A stretch of DNA of 62,978 nucleotides, counting the filler, from Chiloscyllium plagiosum (lineage: Eukaryota): the NCBI RefSeq assembly GCF_004010195.1. It is 10 parts of 9 records of this genome, joined end to end, with 100 filler letters (N's around TTAATTAATTAA, not from the genome) between each part and the next. Parts side by side here need not be neighbours in the genome. Positions count along the whole stretch, not along the records: positions 1 to 31,207 come from NC_057717.1; 9 more parts are not named here. One strand, given 5' to 3'. The notes under the pieces were generated by a model. That model saw nothing but the letters and a program-made list of their open reading frames with translations. It was not told where the DNA came from and did not search any database. The position numbers and the translations under genes are program-made. Of this stretch, positions 1-13,600 are shown in pieces; the stretch's first letter is position 1; every line of letters starts with the position of its first letter.

Positions 1-50
1 GACTAACATTGAGACAGTAACAAAGAGAGACTTGAACAACAAACACTCAC

Positions 51-99
51 ATGATTAGAAAGTCAGTAACAGACTGAGAAAAATTGTCGACACAATCAT
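51..99 (-). pseudogene. IGHV: IgM VH leader exon, cluster A (nonsense codon); V exon lies left of the window
   Basis: Reverse strand reads ATG ATT GTG TCG ACA ATT TTT CTC AGT CTG TTA CTG ACT TTC TAA TCA T|gtgagt. This 49-nt phase-1 exon is homologous to the leaders at 21649 and 37767, with an in-frame TAA. Confidence 0.9.
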
Positions 100-185
100 T
101 CTGATAACTTGTGGGAAACGGTTCTGTCAAGACCTTTCTAAACAAAGCCGACCCAGGAGTGTTGAATTACGGTGTAGTGCCTAGG

Positions 186-192
186 ATTTATA
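186..192 (-). promoter_or_regulatory. TATA box of VH promoter, cluster A
   Basis: TATAAAT on the minus strand about 87 nt upstream of the leader ATG; same position in all three clusters. Confidence 0.7.
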
Positions 193-2064
193 TGGCCATC
201 GGAAGGGGCAGGCTTACAGCTTCCGCATGTTGGTGTCCTGCTGGAGGCTGAGACTGGGTCCTGGTATCAGCTTGCACAGCCCGAACACATGGGCTCATGT
301 ATTTACATGAAGTTATGCTTAAACATGGACACATACACATCTTGGGATATTTGTTTTGCTGAATAGCTTCTTTGGAAGTAAATTTGAGTAGCTTCAGGTC
401 TGTTTCACATGATAGTTGCATGTATTTTGTTTTAAAAAAAAACAAATTCAACTGGAAGTTATCTCCCTTTATTTCTACATTCATTCACAAGCCGATAAAA
501 CTAAAGTTAAAGTTCAAACATATTTCCAGCCAATAAAACAGTTGAGCTTTTCTTCCCTATATACTGCAAGTCTCTGTCGCACTACAAAATAACATGTAAT
601 TCATATGAAACATTTCAGAATTCAATTTAGGCAACTGAATACAGAGAGTGTCCAAAGTGATTATATTTAGAATATTCAATTAGAAGTTAACTCCCTTTAA
701 TCCTTCATTCCACCACAAGCAGATAAAGCTAAAAAGAACTTCAATAATATTATTAGCCAACAAAATGAATGACTTTATTTGCTGTTACTCAAAGTCTCTC
801 TCACATTACCAAATAACATACCATTTCTAATCTGCGTTTCTAAATTCAGTTTAGGCAACCTAATGTGGAGCATGTCTAAAGTGACTATGTTCAGAATGTG
901 AGTGTATGTCACTAAACAGTTTGGACCCGGAGATTAGAAGCACCCCCTTACATTGCAGAATGTCTCTCCTTGCAACTTTTTTTTCAAATTGCTCCGACAC
1001 TAAAATGCACAGTAAAGGAAAGCTGTGTGCCTGAGAAACAAAATGTGAGTCCGCAGTGATACATAACACCGAGGTAAACTTTTGAAAGAGCATCTAATGA
1101 ACTAGAACAAGACAGTCCATAAGTTGTTTTTAAAATCCTCAACGTCTAAACCATTGCATGTAACAATCTGGGTACATCAGGAATGTTTGGTTAAATTAGA
1201 GAGTATTACAGTAATAATTACCACGAATGTAGGTTATAAACAGTACATTTCTCTGCTCACTGATAACTCTGAAAGGGCAGTTAGCTCATAAAAATCTGCA
1301 AATATTCACGGTTACACTACACCAGTATTAACCATGTATAAAGGGCCCACTCAGTTTTAATGAGATACATGAATCAGAGAATGGTGTATCAAGTGATGTG
1401 AATTTGAACCAATTCAATTTTGTTAATTTACTTTGAGATGATAACAAATGTTACTGCAATGTGGGATTTTGGATCCACTAACTTCATATTCAGGAGCTTT
1501 AAAGATACTCAGTAAACAGGCTGAACTAACCAGAATGTCACTGCATTCAATGTCCTGTTTTCTGATAGTCATACAATGAATGCTGTATTCAGTGACTTTC
1601 CTTTTTAAAGAAGAAATGCCAAGTGAAATGTATCCATTGTGAGTAAATGGGACAATATAGCTTGTTTGGTAGGACTTTACTATAGTTGATTCATTTTCCC
1701 TTTAATCGGCCAGATACAATAGTTGGCAGCAATTAAGCTGACTTGAGTTAAAAGGTCCTTGAGTTCCCAGTTTCATTTACTGGAAGCAGGTGGAGTTTCT
1801 GTAGTGGATCAAAGATATTTTGTCTCACTGTTGACCAGTTGGTGGAAAGCCAACTGCAAACCATAACCACCGCCTCTGCAGAAACAAATCGACTCAGCAA
1901 CAATACTGGAGAAAAGTTTAATTTTCAGTTGTTAAACTTGGAGAACTAGTCACTCCTCTCATTGAAGGAAATATTCGCAGAGTCTCAGACACAACCTTAA
2001 CATCAACAGTTCATTCAAGGATCACTACAGCACTGTTTAGTATTGAGAAAAATTAATAAATAGT

Positions 2065-2360
2065 CATAGAGTCATGGAGTGATACAGCATGGTTACAGAC
2101 CCTTCGGTCCAACCAGTCCATGCCAGTCATAATCCCAAACTAAACTAATCCCACCTGTGTGTACTTGGCCCATATCCTTCCAAACATTTGATATTCATTC
2201 ACTTATCCAAATGTCTTATAAAGGTTGTAAGTATCCATCGCCAGATCATCCTACACACAAACCATTCTCTGTGTAAAAGGTTGTCTCTGATATCTTTTTT
2301 AAAATTTTTCTCCTCTCATTGGAAAAACATGTTCCCTATTGTTGAAATCCCCCACCATAG
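2065..2360 (-). mobile_element. CR1-type LINE 3' end fragment (paralogues about 19385-19690 + and 35495-35800 +)
   Basis: Degenerate CR1 ORF2 terminus and 3' tail (GGACCGAAGGGTCTGTAACCATGCTGTA...GACTCTATGACT on the minus strand). Confidence 0.7.
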
Positions 2361-3769
2361 GGAAAATATGCCACTGTCTTAGTCAAAAATTGAAAACAAT
2401 CCCAGCTCCAAACATTTACAAAATATCGCTATGGATCTTCCTCGAATCCAAAAAAATTGTCCCCTTTGATCAATGATTTATAAAATTTACTCGCGTATCT
2501 ACTAGACGTTTTCAAACAACTTCTTAAGTGCAAATGGTTCACAACAATCGGATTAAAGTAACATTTCGTGCGCTACCCCACACACAAAAAAAAACAAGTT
2601 TGTTGACACAAATTGTTCTGAGGATATCTACAATGGATTCTTTTATCAAACAAAATCATTTCCAATGTTGTGAGTGCTCTGAATATTAAGTTGTGTCTGA
2701 CTGCAGATGAAACTGGCTGATCTGGGTAAAAGTACAGTTTGTGCCTTTCACATTGTGAATGTATATTGCTGACTTTAGTTGAATAAAGTGATGTTGTCCC
2801 AGGCATCGTCTGGCACCATTAATTAGACCATTAATTTCCACATCACTAGCCGTAGGGTCAGGTGGAGTTTATTGATACGTGATATTTTTGAAACGAAAGC
2901 TTCGTACATTTCCAGTATGAATCATGTCAATTAGAGCCATCCACGTTTCCACTCATGGCTTTATAAACTTGTATGAGGTCACCCCCCCCCCCCCCCTTGT
3001 TACTAGTTCAAAGAAATGAAAGGAACTTCTCCAACCATATTGTTCAATTTTAGTTGGCTTCAAACACCATAAAAAATAAATGTTCATGTCATTGCTGATT
3101 TATGGGAGAATTCCATGTACATAGTATCTGCTGAAATACCTGCAGTACCATCCTGAATCTGGTTCGCAGGTTCATCTGTTGCTCACAAATGCAACCAGGC
3201 ATCAGGGAATAGTGAACATCACCCACCCCCACCCCTCCACCCTTCCCCTCTGTACTTTGCACTTTGTGAAATCCGTGTTGTCAATAATCAGTTAAAAGAA
3301 AGTTTTTTTAAAACTTTCTTAATTCATGTTGCTGATCTTGGCTGAATAAAGGTATGTTGCTGTCAGCATTTCTGGGGAACATGTCTGCATTTTTTTCATG
3401 TCAGTTTACAATGATATTAAGTCAAGAATAGTCAAAATATCCTGAGGAACAACGTTTAGAAATGGGCCTATTAGCTCCTCAGGGCTGGACCAACTGTTTG
3501 AATATTGATACAGTTCTGCCCTTACTTTTTCCCCATAAGCCAGGATTTACAGCATTGGAGATCATATCGATGTTGATAATGGATTAGACCCTACACAATG
3601 TTCCCGAATGTTTACAGTGCTATCACCTGCACGGTTACGGACAACATGCTATAAATTGGGTGTTGGCTGGAAGGCTCTGTCTTCACGTGATACAGGTGCG
3701 ATGGGTGAAGTGATCTATCTCTGTCGTGAAAACTTCCTACTACTTGAAATTCATCTTTCCTACTTTGTC

Positions 3770-4182
3770 TCCGGGATGTTGCCTGGAATGGAGAATAGGT
3801 CATACGAGGATAGGTTGAGAGTGCTAGGCCTTTTCTCATTGGAAAGGCGAAGGAAGAGGGGTGACTTGATAGAGGATTATAAGATGATCAGGGAATAGAT
3901 AGACAGAGACTTTTTCCCCGGGTACAACAGAGTGTTACAAGGGACATAAATTTAAGGTGAAGGGTGAAAGGTATAGGGGGGGATGTCAGGGGTGGGTTCT
4001 TTACCCAGACAGTGGTGGGGGCATGGAATGCGCTGCCTGTGGGAGTGGCAGAGTCAGAATCATTGGTGACCTTTAAGCGGCAATTGGATAGGTACATGGA
4101 TAGGTGCTTAAGCTAGGACAAATGTTCGGCACAACATCGTGGGCCGAAGGGCCTGTTCTGTGCTGTATTGTTCTATGTTTTA
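3770..4182 (+). mobile_element. CR1 (HER-like) LINE 3' fragment
   Basis: Translates RMLPGMENRSYEDRLRVLGLFSLERRRKRGDLIE..YK.I and FFTQTVVGAWNALP, then the GGGCCGAAGGGCCTGT tail and TTCTATG repeat. Confidence 0.9.
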
Positions 4183-5217
4183 TGTAAGAAGCCCTGGGAT
4201 GGGTATCACTGAGGAAGTTGTTGCTGAGCAACTGCTGCTTGGTAAAACTGTTAATGACATCCATCATATTTTACTGATTATCGAGAGTAAATTAACCAAG
4301 CTGTATCTGGCTGGACTAGAATTGTCCTTTTTTTTCACATACTGGTCATACTTAGGCGATTTTGCCATGTAGATGAGAGTGTTGCAGCAGTATTAGAATA
4401 GCTTTGGGAGGGGGAGGGGAGCGGGGGTTCACAACAAGATTTGGAACAAGTCTATTATTTTGACCGAACACCAAGCTGCAGGTGGTGGTGCACATCAAGT
4501 TATTTGAAAACGTCCTTCACAACAGATATGTTAGTAAATTTTAGAAATCATTGATCAAAGGGACAATTTTGTTTGGATTCAAGGAAGATCCATAGTGATA
4601 TTTTGTAAATGTTTGGAGCTGTGATTGCTTTAAATTTTTAACTAAGACATTGGCATACAGTGCACAACTTCACAATTTGCTGTAACATGAAACTCGCAAC
4701 CACTGTGAACCTGGAAGGCGATGGTTCAGAATTTAACAAGGACCTAGCAAGGTTCATGGATGGACCAACAAATGATTCATGAAATTTTACAAAGGCATTT
4801 CTGAAATGATTAATTTAGCTAGGAAGAATGTAGAGACACAAATTCACATCTCTGTTTGCTATATACTATAAATCACTTTTCTATTATATCCTAAAATACT
4901 TGTTAGGATACTTCTATTATATCCTAAAATATGAACTTTGTTCATATTTGATACACTCTATCTTGTTCCGGTGTTAAGATAGTTTCTTTATTTATTTCAC
5001 TCAAGACTGTATGCTGTATTTTTGCCTCAGTATTGACTAAACTCGGTTTGGTGCCAGCTTATATCATTCGAGCTGCTTTTTCAGGAAGTGAATCTCTCCA
5101 CCTGTTATGTCAAAATAATCTGTTCATGCGGAGATAAAAATAAATCCTGTTAATATCATCCCAAATTCAGACTCGGTTATTTTGTATTTATTCATTGGAA
5201 ATGAACAGAATATGACC

Positions 5218-6345
5218 GGCCTGTTCTTGGTGGAGTGGGAGAGGGAGTTAAAGTGTTCAGCCACGGGGCCGTGAGGGTGGTTGGCACGGGTGTCCTAGAG
5301 ATGTTCTCTGAAATTATCAGCAAGTTAGTGTCCTGTCTCCCTGATGTAGAGGAGACCACATCAGGTGGAACAGACACAGTGGATGACATTTGTGGAAGTA
5401 TAGATAAATTTCTCTGGGATGTGGAAGGATCATTTGGGGCCTTGTCGGAGGTGAGGGGGGAGGTGTGGGCACAGGTTTTGCACTTCCTGTGGTCGCAAGT
5501 GAAGGTGACAGGGGTGGGGAGTGGGCTGGTGGAGGGCCATGGACCTGACGAGGGAGTCGCGGAGGGAATGGTGTCTCCGGAATGCAGATAGGGGTAGGGA
5601 GGGAAATATACCCCGAGTGATGGGTTCTGTTTACAGGTGGTGGAAGCAGCGGAGGATGGTGCGTTGGAAATTGAGGACCAGGAGGGCTCCCTGTTGCGAT
5701 TGGAGGAATGGGGTTCAAGGGCATTGTCGACCACGTGGGAGGGGAAATTGCAGTCTTTGAAAAAGGACGTTATCTGGGATGTTTTATGGTGGAACTGGTC
5801 CTCCTGGGAGCAGATGCGGTGGAGACAGAGGAATTGACAATAAGGGATGGCATTTTTACAGGAGGTCGGGTGGGAGGAGTGTAGTCCAGGTAGCTGTGGG
5901 AGTCAGAGGGATTGTAGTAAATGTTTAGTCGGTCACTGGAGATAGAGGTGGAGAGGTCTAGGAAAGGGAGGGAGGTGTCCGAGATGGTCCCTGTGAAGTT
6001 TAGGTCAGGGTGGAAGGTCTTATTAAAGTTGATGAACTGTTCAACCTCCTCGTGGTAGCATGAGGTGGCGTTGATACCGTCATCAATGTAGCGGTGGTAA
6101 AGGTGGGCAATGATACCAGTGTAGCTGTGGAAGATTGACTGTCCCACATATCTGACGAAGAGGCAGGCATAGCTGGGGTCCATACAGGTGTCCATGGCTA
6201 CCCCTTTGGTTTGGAGGAAGTGGGAGGATTGAAAGGAAATGTAGTTGAGGTTGAGCATGTACTGCTTGGGTTGGAGTGACAGGAAGAAACGGACAGCTTC
6301 GAGGCCGACATCATGGCGTTTGGATGTGTACAGGGCCTGGACATT
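5218..6345 (-). mobile_element. Penelope-like retroelement remnant (RT plus GIY-YIG region)
   Basis: RT motifs KGVAMDTCMDPSYACLF, RYIDD, LPFLDL, DSHSYLDY, followed by a CxxxxCxxC motif and a frameshifted endonuclease region. Confidence 0.9.
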
Positions 6346-7908
6346 CTGTTCATTCTGGGGCTTATCAATAGCTTGCAGTTATTATGGAACTGCAAGTGCA
6401 ATGGCAGGGAACTCGGAGAAACCAATGTTTAAGTCTTCTGCTTGAAGCAAATTTTGACCAGAACATTTAAACACCACAAAGCTCACTGTAGGAAATGCCA
6501 GGGCTGCAACTTTTAATAATATTTGAAACTTTGTTAAAAATAGGGGTTTTTAGTCATAGTTTCTGAAATAATCAAGAAAATAATTAACCGTTAGAACAAG
6601 CTCTTTCAAAGAGAGAGGATTTGCAAAGTTTGAAACCATACGGTGCTGTGGTTTATTTGAATTCAATGTCGGTCAGAGTTAGATATAGACAAGGTGATCT
6701 CTCCATATATTGATTCTGTTAATCGGACACACCGACATACCTGTCTGTACAAAACTGTATTATTTGTTTAGTTGATCAAAATTTAGGAAACAGATCTAAC
6801 AGAATGTATTCGGCTGGGAAGGTGATGGATACAGAAGACAGAATCAAAAACTGGGAACATTAAATCTGAAGATAGACTAACAAGTAGTACAAGATCAAAG
6901 ACATGACAAGGTGCATGTCGATATGTACCAGACGTTAGTGAATCGAATGAGCTTGTTAGATGGTCGAGAGACTCGTCCAATGATGTCCTGGAATCAGACC
7001 GTGAAACAGAGATCGAAAGGTCGATTTGCAAATGTCACTTCAATGTGATCGCTTCATACTCTGTGTCCTGATATAGGCCACATTGGCAGATGTTTCCGCT
7101 AGATTGCATCCCCTGGGTTTATTTTCTGATCAGAAGTGAGATGTGTGGCTTGCTGCTGGCACATAGAAACAGGAAGTTGCGTGCCAGCTGAGAATGATAC
7201 ATCAGGCGCTACTTTCCGTATTATCAGCACAAACAGTCTTCCTACCTCTGAGGGTGAACATACATCAACAGTGTCAAGAACAAATGGACAGCTTGTTGTT
7301 GGTCTCAACATTGTATTCAATTCCATTCCCATTTTCCAGAATGAAACAGAAGAGACACAAGATTATTTCAGCTAGAGTAAATTATCTGTCAGAGAGATAA
7401 GAAGAGTTATCATTGGGTGAAAGGAGCTAAATGACAATGTGTAGTTTCACTCATAAACCTATGTTTAAAAGTAGAAAACTTGGGGGAAGTTAATAAGTAA
7501 ATCTAATAAACAACATTCATTAAAAGTTGGAATTGTAAGGTTTAAGCAATAAAATTCAGCATGGCTTTGGTGGAAGTGATAACATATCGGAAGTGGTTGA
7601 TTCTGTTTTCCGGAGAGGAAATGAGATGTGACATCGGGTGTAAAAAGTGGATGTAATGCTTCTTGACTTCAATCAGGTTTTTGACCAGATCTTGCATCTT
7701 TAATATGGTAAGGGTTCATGGGAGCTGATGCATTTTGGCAAATCCATCGAAGGTTTATTTGTTGGCAGAAGGTAATGATCGAAGGTAGTCATTGTGAAGA
7801 CATCTTGTGTCCAGTGGCTTACTATATGACATGGTGCTGGATCTTTTGCTTTTTGCAGCGTATATCAACGATCTAGTCAAGAATGTAGCAATTTTGATCA
7901 GTAAGTTC

Positions 7909-8103
7909 TTTACCCAGAGAGTGGTGGGGGCATGGAATGCGCTGCCTGTGGGAGTGGTAGAGTCAGAATCTTTGGTGACCTTTAAGCGGCAATTGGATAG
8001 GTACATGGATGGGTGCTTAAGCTAGGACAAATGTTCAGCACAACATCGTGGGACGAAGGGCCTGTTCTGTGCTGTATTGTTCTATGTTCTATGTTCTATG
8101 TTC
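7909..8103 (+). mobile_element. 5'-truncated CR1 insertion specific to copy A, 7-bp TSD TAAGTTC
   Basis: TAAGTTC at 7902-7908 and 8104-8110; (TTCTATG)n tail; the site is empty in B (about 13715) and C (about 30548). Confidence 0.9.
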
Positions 8104-8699
8104 TAAGTTCAAAGATGAGGTGAAAAACGTTTGGTTATGCAATTAGTGAGGAGGAAAGCCAGTGTGGCATCGATTACCTTGCCTGTTGGAGAGAAGAATT
8201 GAAAACAGAACATTATATCCTAAAGTCTGTGAAGTAAAGTATTTTTGAAACTAACAATTTAAGCGAATATACGGTGCATTGTTGGAATCTACACAATACA
8301 AAGGACAAGCAATCTTCTGTTGTGAATATCCACATCATGGAGTGGGGGTTGGAGTTATAGTCTGGAGATATTGAGCTAGACCATTCATTCAGGAAACAGG
8401 GGTCTGAGACCACAGTGCTGCCACATCAAGTTGTGAATTAAAGTTGATAATTAAACAACTCTTTGAAGGAATAAGCTCCACGGATATTCCCTTGCTCTGC
8501 TTTGGAGAGCACAAAACATCAGCGCAAAAGTTAAGGCTGAAGCATTCACAGCAATCTTCAGCCAGAAGTGCCAATTGTGTGATCCATCTCGGCATCTTCC
8601 ATAGATCACTAATATTACAGATACCTGTCTTCAGGGAATTCGCTTCTCTCCATGTGAAATCAAGACACTGTTGGGCGGGGACGGGTGGGGTGGGGGGTG

Positions 8700-10150
8700 G
8701 GGGGGCAGGGGTTACCGCAAATGCTATGGAGCCTGACAAAATTCTGGCAATAATACTGATGACTTGTGCTAGCCAAGCAATCCCGGTACAGCTAAAACAC
8801 TGGCATGGACAATGTGGAAAATAGGCTAGGCACATCCTGTGCACAGAAAATAGGTCAAACCACCCTGGCTAATTACTGCCCCATCAGTCCATGCTCAATC
8901 ATGAGTTACATGGAGGAAGGTGCTATCAAGCAGCACTAGCTCAGCAATAACCTGCGTAAATGTGGGTTACGCAAGGCCTACTCAGGTCATGTCTGAATTA
9001 CAGACTTGATTTAAACATGGACAAAGAACTGAATTCCAGAAATGAGGGGAGAGTGACAGTCCTTGACATTAAGGTCACATTCGGCAGAGTGTGATATTAT
9101 GGAATCGTAGCAAAACTGGATTCAATGGGCATTAGGCGACAAACTCCCTGCTGCCTGCAGTCATACCTCACACATTGGAAGATGGCTCTGCTTGTTAGAG
9201 GGCAGTCGTCTCAGCCAAAGCAAATCTCTGTTGGAGTTCCGAAAGAAAGTGTCCTTGGCCCAATCATGTTCAGCTGCTTCAGCAATGACCTTCCCTCCAT
9301 CAGAAGATCAGAAGTGAAATCTGCATTAATCTAGCACATTTTTGTGACTCCTCAGTCCACATTCAAATGCAATAAAATCTGAACAATTTCCAGACTTGAG
9401 CTGACAAGTGGCACATAGCATTCACACCACAAAACTGCGAGACAATGACCATTGACAATAAGAGACAATTTAACCAAAACCCCTTGACATTCAATAGTGT
9501 TACCATCACTGCATCCCTCACCATCAACACCCTGGGTTTTTATTGTTCATTAGAAATTGAGCTGGACACTCCATATAAATACAATGGTTGTACGAGTAGG
9601 CCAGAGGCTAGGAATACGACAGCGAGTAACTCACCCTCCTGACTCGCAAAGCCAATTGACTGTCTAAGAGACAGAGGTCAGGAAGCTAATTGCACAGCTC
9701 GCCCCGTGACTAGATAGGAGCAGCTTCAACTGCACTCAAGAAGCTTGGCATTGTCCAGGACAAAGCATCCCACTTGATCAGTAGCACATCCACAAGCATC
9801 CATTGCCTCCAAATCTGATGCTTAGTACCTGCCATATGCACTATCTAAAATACTACACTGCAGTAACTTAGCCACTTCCTTAGACAGTACCTTCCCACTA
9901 CCACTTGCATCTCGAAGGACAGGAATACCAGATATATGGGAACAGCACCACTGTAAGCTCCTCTCTAAAACACTCGGCATCCTGACATGGAAATATTCAC
10001 CGATCCTTTACTGTAATTGGGTCAAAATCTGGAATTTTCTTCCTCAAGCCATTTTGGAATATATTATTTCAGAAAGGCAACTTACTGCCATCTGCTGAAG
10101 GACATCTACAGACAACTAAAAGCAACCACCATCTTCCATGAGTCAATAAA
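8700..10150 (+). mobile_element. Old CR1-clade LINE ORF2 remnant (paralogues about 11670-13120 - and 28520-30010)
   Basis: Decayed RT motifs (MWKIG..HPVHRK..SNHP.NYCPIS; SVGVPKESVLGPIMFSCFSNDLPS); boundaries approximate. Confidence 0.75.
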
Positions 10151-10470
10151 AAAATCGTTGAAGCTAACATGACAGTTTGATAAAGTGATTGAGGAGGCAT
10201 TATGAGTATGTAATAAGCAATCAAAAGGTTTGGAGTAAAGTTCCAGAATCAGTCCCTACCATGGTAGCTTCAATTAATAAAAGAGTATGAAATGAAAATG
10301 CTGGAATAATGAACGACAATGGCAGACCTACCAAAGGTTTGAAGCATGTTACATGGTTCAGTATTCTCCTTCAGAGGAGGACGTCTGACCTTCCTACCTG
10401 GCCTGCCCTACCTGTTCAACAATAAGGTGATGGTCCTTTCCTGTGCCGAACATGACCAAGAAACCCATCA

Positions 10471-10690
10471 GGAGAAAGTGAGGACTGCAGGTGCTGGAGA
10501 TCAGAGTTGAGAGTGTAGTGCTGGAAAAGCACAGCAGGTCAGGCAGCATCTGAGGAGCAGGAAAATCAACATTCAGGCATAACCCCTTCATCATGTATCC
10601 TAATGAAGGCCTCATGCCCGAAACGTCGATTCTCCTGCTCCTCGGACGCTGCCTGACCTGCTGTACTTTTCCAGCACTACAGTCTCGACT
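10471..10690. mobile_element. Palindromic non-autonomous Penelope-derived element (paralogue about 27988-28210)
   Basis: Arms 10505-10594 and 10599-10690 are near reverse complements; each arm matches the PLE terminal repeat seen at 53960-54080. Confidence 0.8.
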
Positions 10691-13600
10691 GAGAAGCCAT
10701 TTGGTTGTAATAAAGCTTCTTAAGAAAGATCAACCATAATTAGCCGAGCAACATGGCAGGCCTTCAAAAAGGTAGCTGATGACCACCTTCTTGGGATATG
10801 TGACTAACCTTTTCATAAGTCAGTGAAGAATTCAAAAAATGCAAATTACGNNNNNNNNNNNNNNNNNNNNNNNNNNNNNNNNNNNNNNNNNNNNNNNNNN
10901 NNNNNNNNNNNNNNNNNNNNNNNNNNNNNNNNNNNNNNNNNNNNNNNNNNNNNNNNNNNNNNNNNNNNNNNNNNNNNNNNNNNNNNNNNNNNNNNNNNNN
11001 NNNNNNNNNNNNNNNNNNNNNNNNNNNNNNNNNNNNNNNNNNNNNNNNNNNNNNNNNNNNNNNNNNNNNNNNNNNNNNNNNNNNNNNNNNNNNNNNNNNN
11101 NNNNNNNNNNNNNNNNNNNNNNNNNNNNNNNNNNNNNNNNNNNNNNNNNNNNNNNNNNNNNNNNNNNNNNNNNNNNNNNNNNNNNNNNNNNNNNNNNNNN
11201 NNNNNNNNNNNNNNNNNNNNNNNNNNNNNNNNNNNNNNNNNNNNNNNNNNNNNNNNNNNNNNNNNNNNNNNNNNNNNNNNNNNNNNNNNNNNNNNNNNNN
11301 NNNNNNNNNNNNNNNNNNNNNNNNNNNNNNNNNNNNNNNNNNNNNNNNNNCACTTTCTCCTGATGGGTTTCTTAGTGAGGTCGGCACAGGAAAGGACCAT
11401 CACCTTATTGTTGAACGGGTAGGGCAGGCCAGGTAGGAAGGTCAGATGTCCTCCTCTGAAGGACAATACTGAACCATGTAACATACTTCAAAGCTTTGGT
11501 AGGTCTGTGAATATCGTTCATTATTCCAGCATTTTCATTTCATTCTCTTTTATTAATTGAAGCTACTATGGTAGGGACTGATTCTGGAACTTTACTCCAA
11601 ACCTTTTGATTGCTTATTACATACTCATAATGCCTCCTCAACCACTTTATCAAACTGTCATGTTAGCTTCAATGATTTTTTATTGACTCATGGAACATGG
11701 TGGTTGCTTTTAGTTGTCCGTAGTTGTCCTTCAGCAGATGGCAGTAGGCTGCCTTTGTGAAATAACATGTTCCAAAATGGCCTGAGGAAGGGAATTCCAG
11801 ACTTTGACCCAATTACAGTAAAGGATCGGTGGATATTTCCATGTCAGGATGCCATGTGTTTTAGAGAGGAGCTTACAGTGGTGCTGTTCCCATGTATCTG
11901 CTGCTCCTGTCCTTCGAGATGCAAGTGGTAGTGGGAAGGTACTGTCTAAGGAAGTGGCTAAGTTACTGCAGTGTAGTATTTTAGATAGTGCATATGACAG
12001 GTACTAAGAATCAGATTTGGAGGCAATGGACGCTTGTGGATGTGCTACTGATCAAGTGGGATGCTTTGTCCTGGACAATGCCAAGCTTCTTGAGTGCAGT
12101 TGAAGCTGCTCCTATCCAGTCAAGGGGCGAGCTGTGCTATTAGTCTCCTGACCTCTGTCTCTTAGACAGTCAATTGGCTTTGCGAGTCAGGAGGGTGAGT
12201 TACTCGCTGCAGTATTCCTAGCCTCTGGCCTGCTCAGACAACCATTGTATTTATATGGAGTGTCCAGCTCAATTTCTAATGAACAATAAAACCCAGGGTG
12301 TTGATGGTGAGGGATTCAGTGAAGGTAACACTATTGAATGTCAAGGGGTTTTGGTTAGGTTGTCTCTTATTGTCAATGGTCATTGTCTCGCAGCTTTGTG
12401 GTGTGAATGCTATGTGCCACTTGTCAGCTCAAGTCTGGAAATTGTCCAGATTTTGTTGTGTTTGAATGTGGACTGAGGAGTCACAAAAAAGTGCTAGATT
12501 AATGCAGATTTCACTTCTGACCTTCTGTTGGGGGGAAGGTCATTGCTGAAGTAGCTGAACACGATTGTGCCAAGGACACTTTCTTCAGGAACTCCAACAT
12601 AGATTTGCTTTGGCTGAGACGACTGCCCTCTAACAAGCAGAGCCATCTTTCAATGTGTGAGGTATGACTGCAGGCAGCAGGGAGGTTGTCACCTGATACC
12701 CATTGAATCCAGTTTTGCTAGGCTCCATAATATCACAGTCTGTCGAATGTGACGTTAATGTCAAGGGCTGTCACTCTCCCCTCATTTCTGGAAATCAGTT
12801 CTTTGTCCATGTTTAAATCAAGTCTGTAATTCAGACATGAGCTGAGTAGGCCTTGTGTAACCCACATTTACGCAGGTTATTGCTGAGCTAGTGCTGCTTG
12901 ATAGCACCTTCCTACATCTAACTCATGATTGAGCATGGACTGTTGGGGCAGTAATTCGCCAGGGTGGCTTGACCTATTTTCTGTGCACAGGACGTGCCTG
13001 GCCTATTTTCCACATTGTCCATGCCAGTGTTTTAGCTGTACCGGGATTGCTTGGCTAGCACAAGTCATCAGTATTATTGCCAGAATTTTGTCAGGCTCCA
13101 TCGCATTTGCAGTAACCCCTGCCCCCCTCTCCCCACCCCCCCCTCCCCCCAACGGTGTCTTGATTTCACATGGAGAGAGGCTAATTCCCTGCTGACTGGT
13201 ATCTGTGATGTTGGTGATCTATGAAAGATGCCGAGATGGATCACACAATTGGCACTTCAGGCTGAAGATTGCTGTGAATGCTTCAGCCTTAACTTTTGTG
13301 CTGATGTGTTGTGCTCTCCAAAGCAGAGCAAGGAAATATCTGTGGAGCTTATTCCTTCAATGAGTTGTTTAATTATCAACTTTAATTCATGACTTGATGT
13401 GGCAGCACTGTGGGCTCAGACCCCTGTTTCCTGAATGGATGTTCTAGGCACAATTTCTCCAGACTATAACTCCAACCCCCACTCCATAATGTGGATATTC
13501 ACAACAGAAGATTGTTTATCCTTTGTATTGTGTAGATTCCAACAATGCATCGTATATTCGCTTAAATTGTTAGTCTCGAAAATACTTTACTTCACAGACT

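Larger units (their letters stand above)
1..10850 (-). repeat. Segmental duplication copy A (VH upstream region), inverted relative to copies B and C
   Basis: Reverse complement aligns collinearly with about 11351-21748 and 27850-37865 (same repeats and ORF remnants in mirror order). Confidence 0.95.

Noticed and set aside
8389-8844. 151-aa and 126-aa overlapping ORFs
   Set aside because: They lie in decayed LINE sequence and are disrupted or inverted in paralogues.
10764-11484. Long ORFs spanning N runs (also at 26.7-27.5, 39.1-39.4 and 54.0-55.2 kb)
   Set aside because: Artefacts of translating gaps; only the Penelope RT part at 54658-55081 is real.
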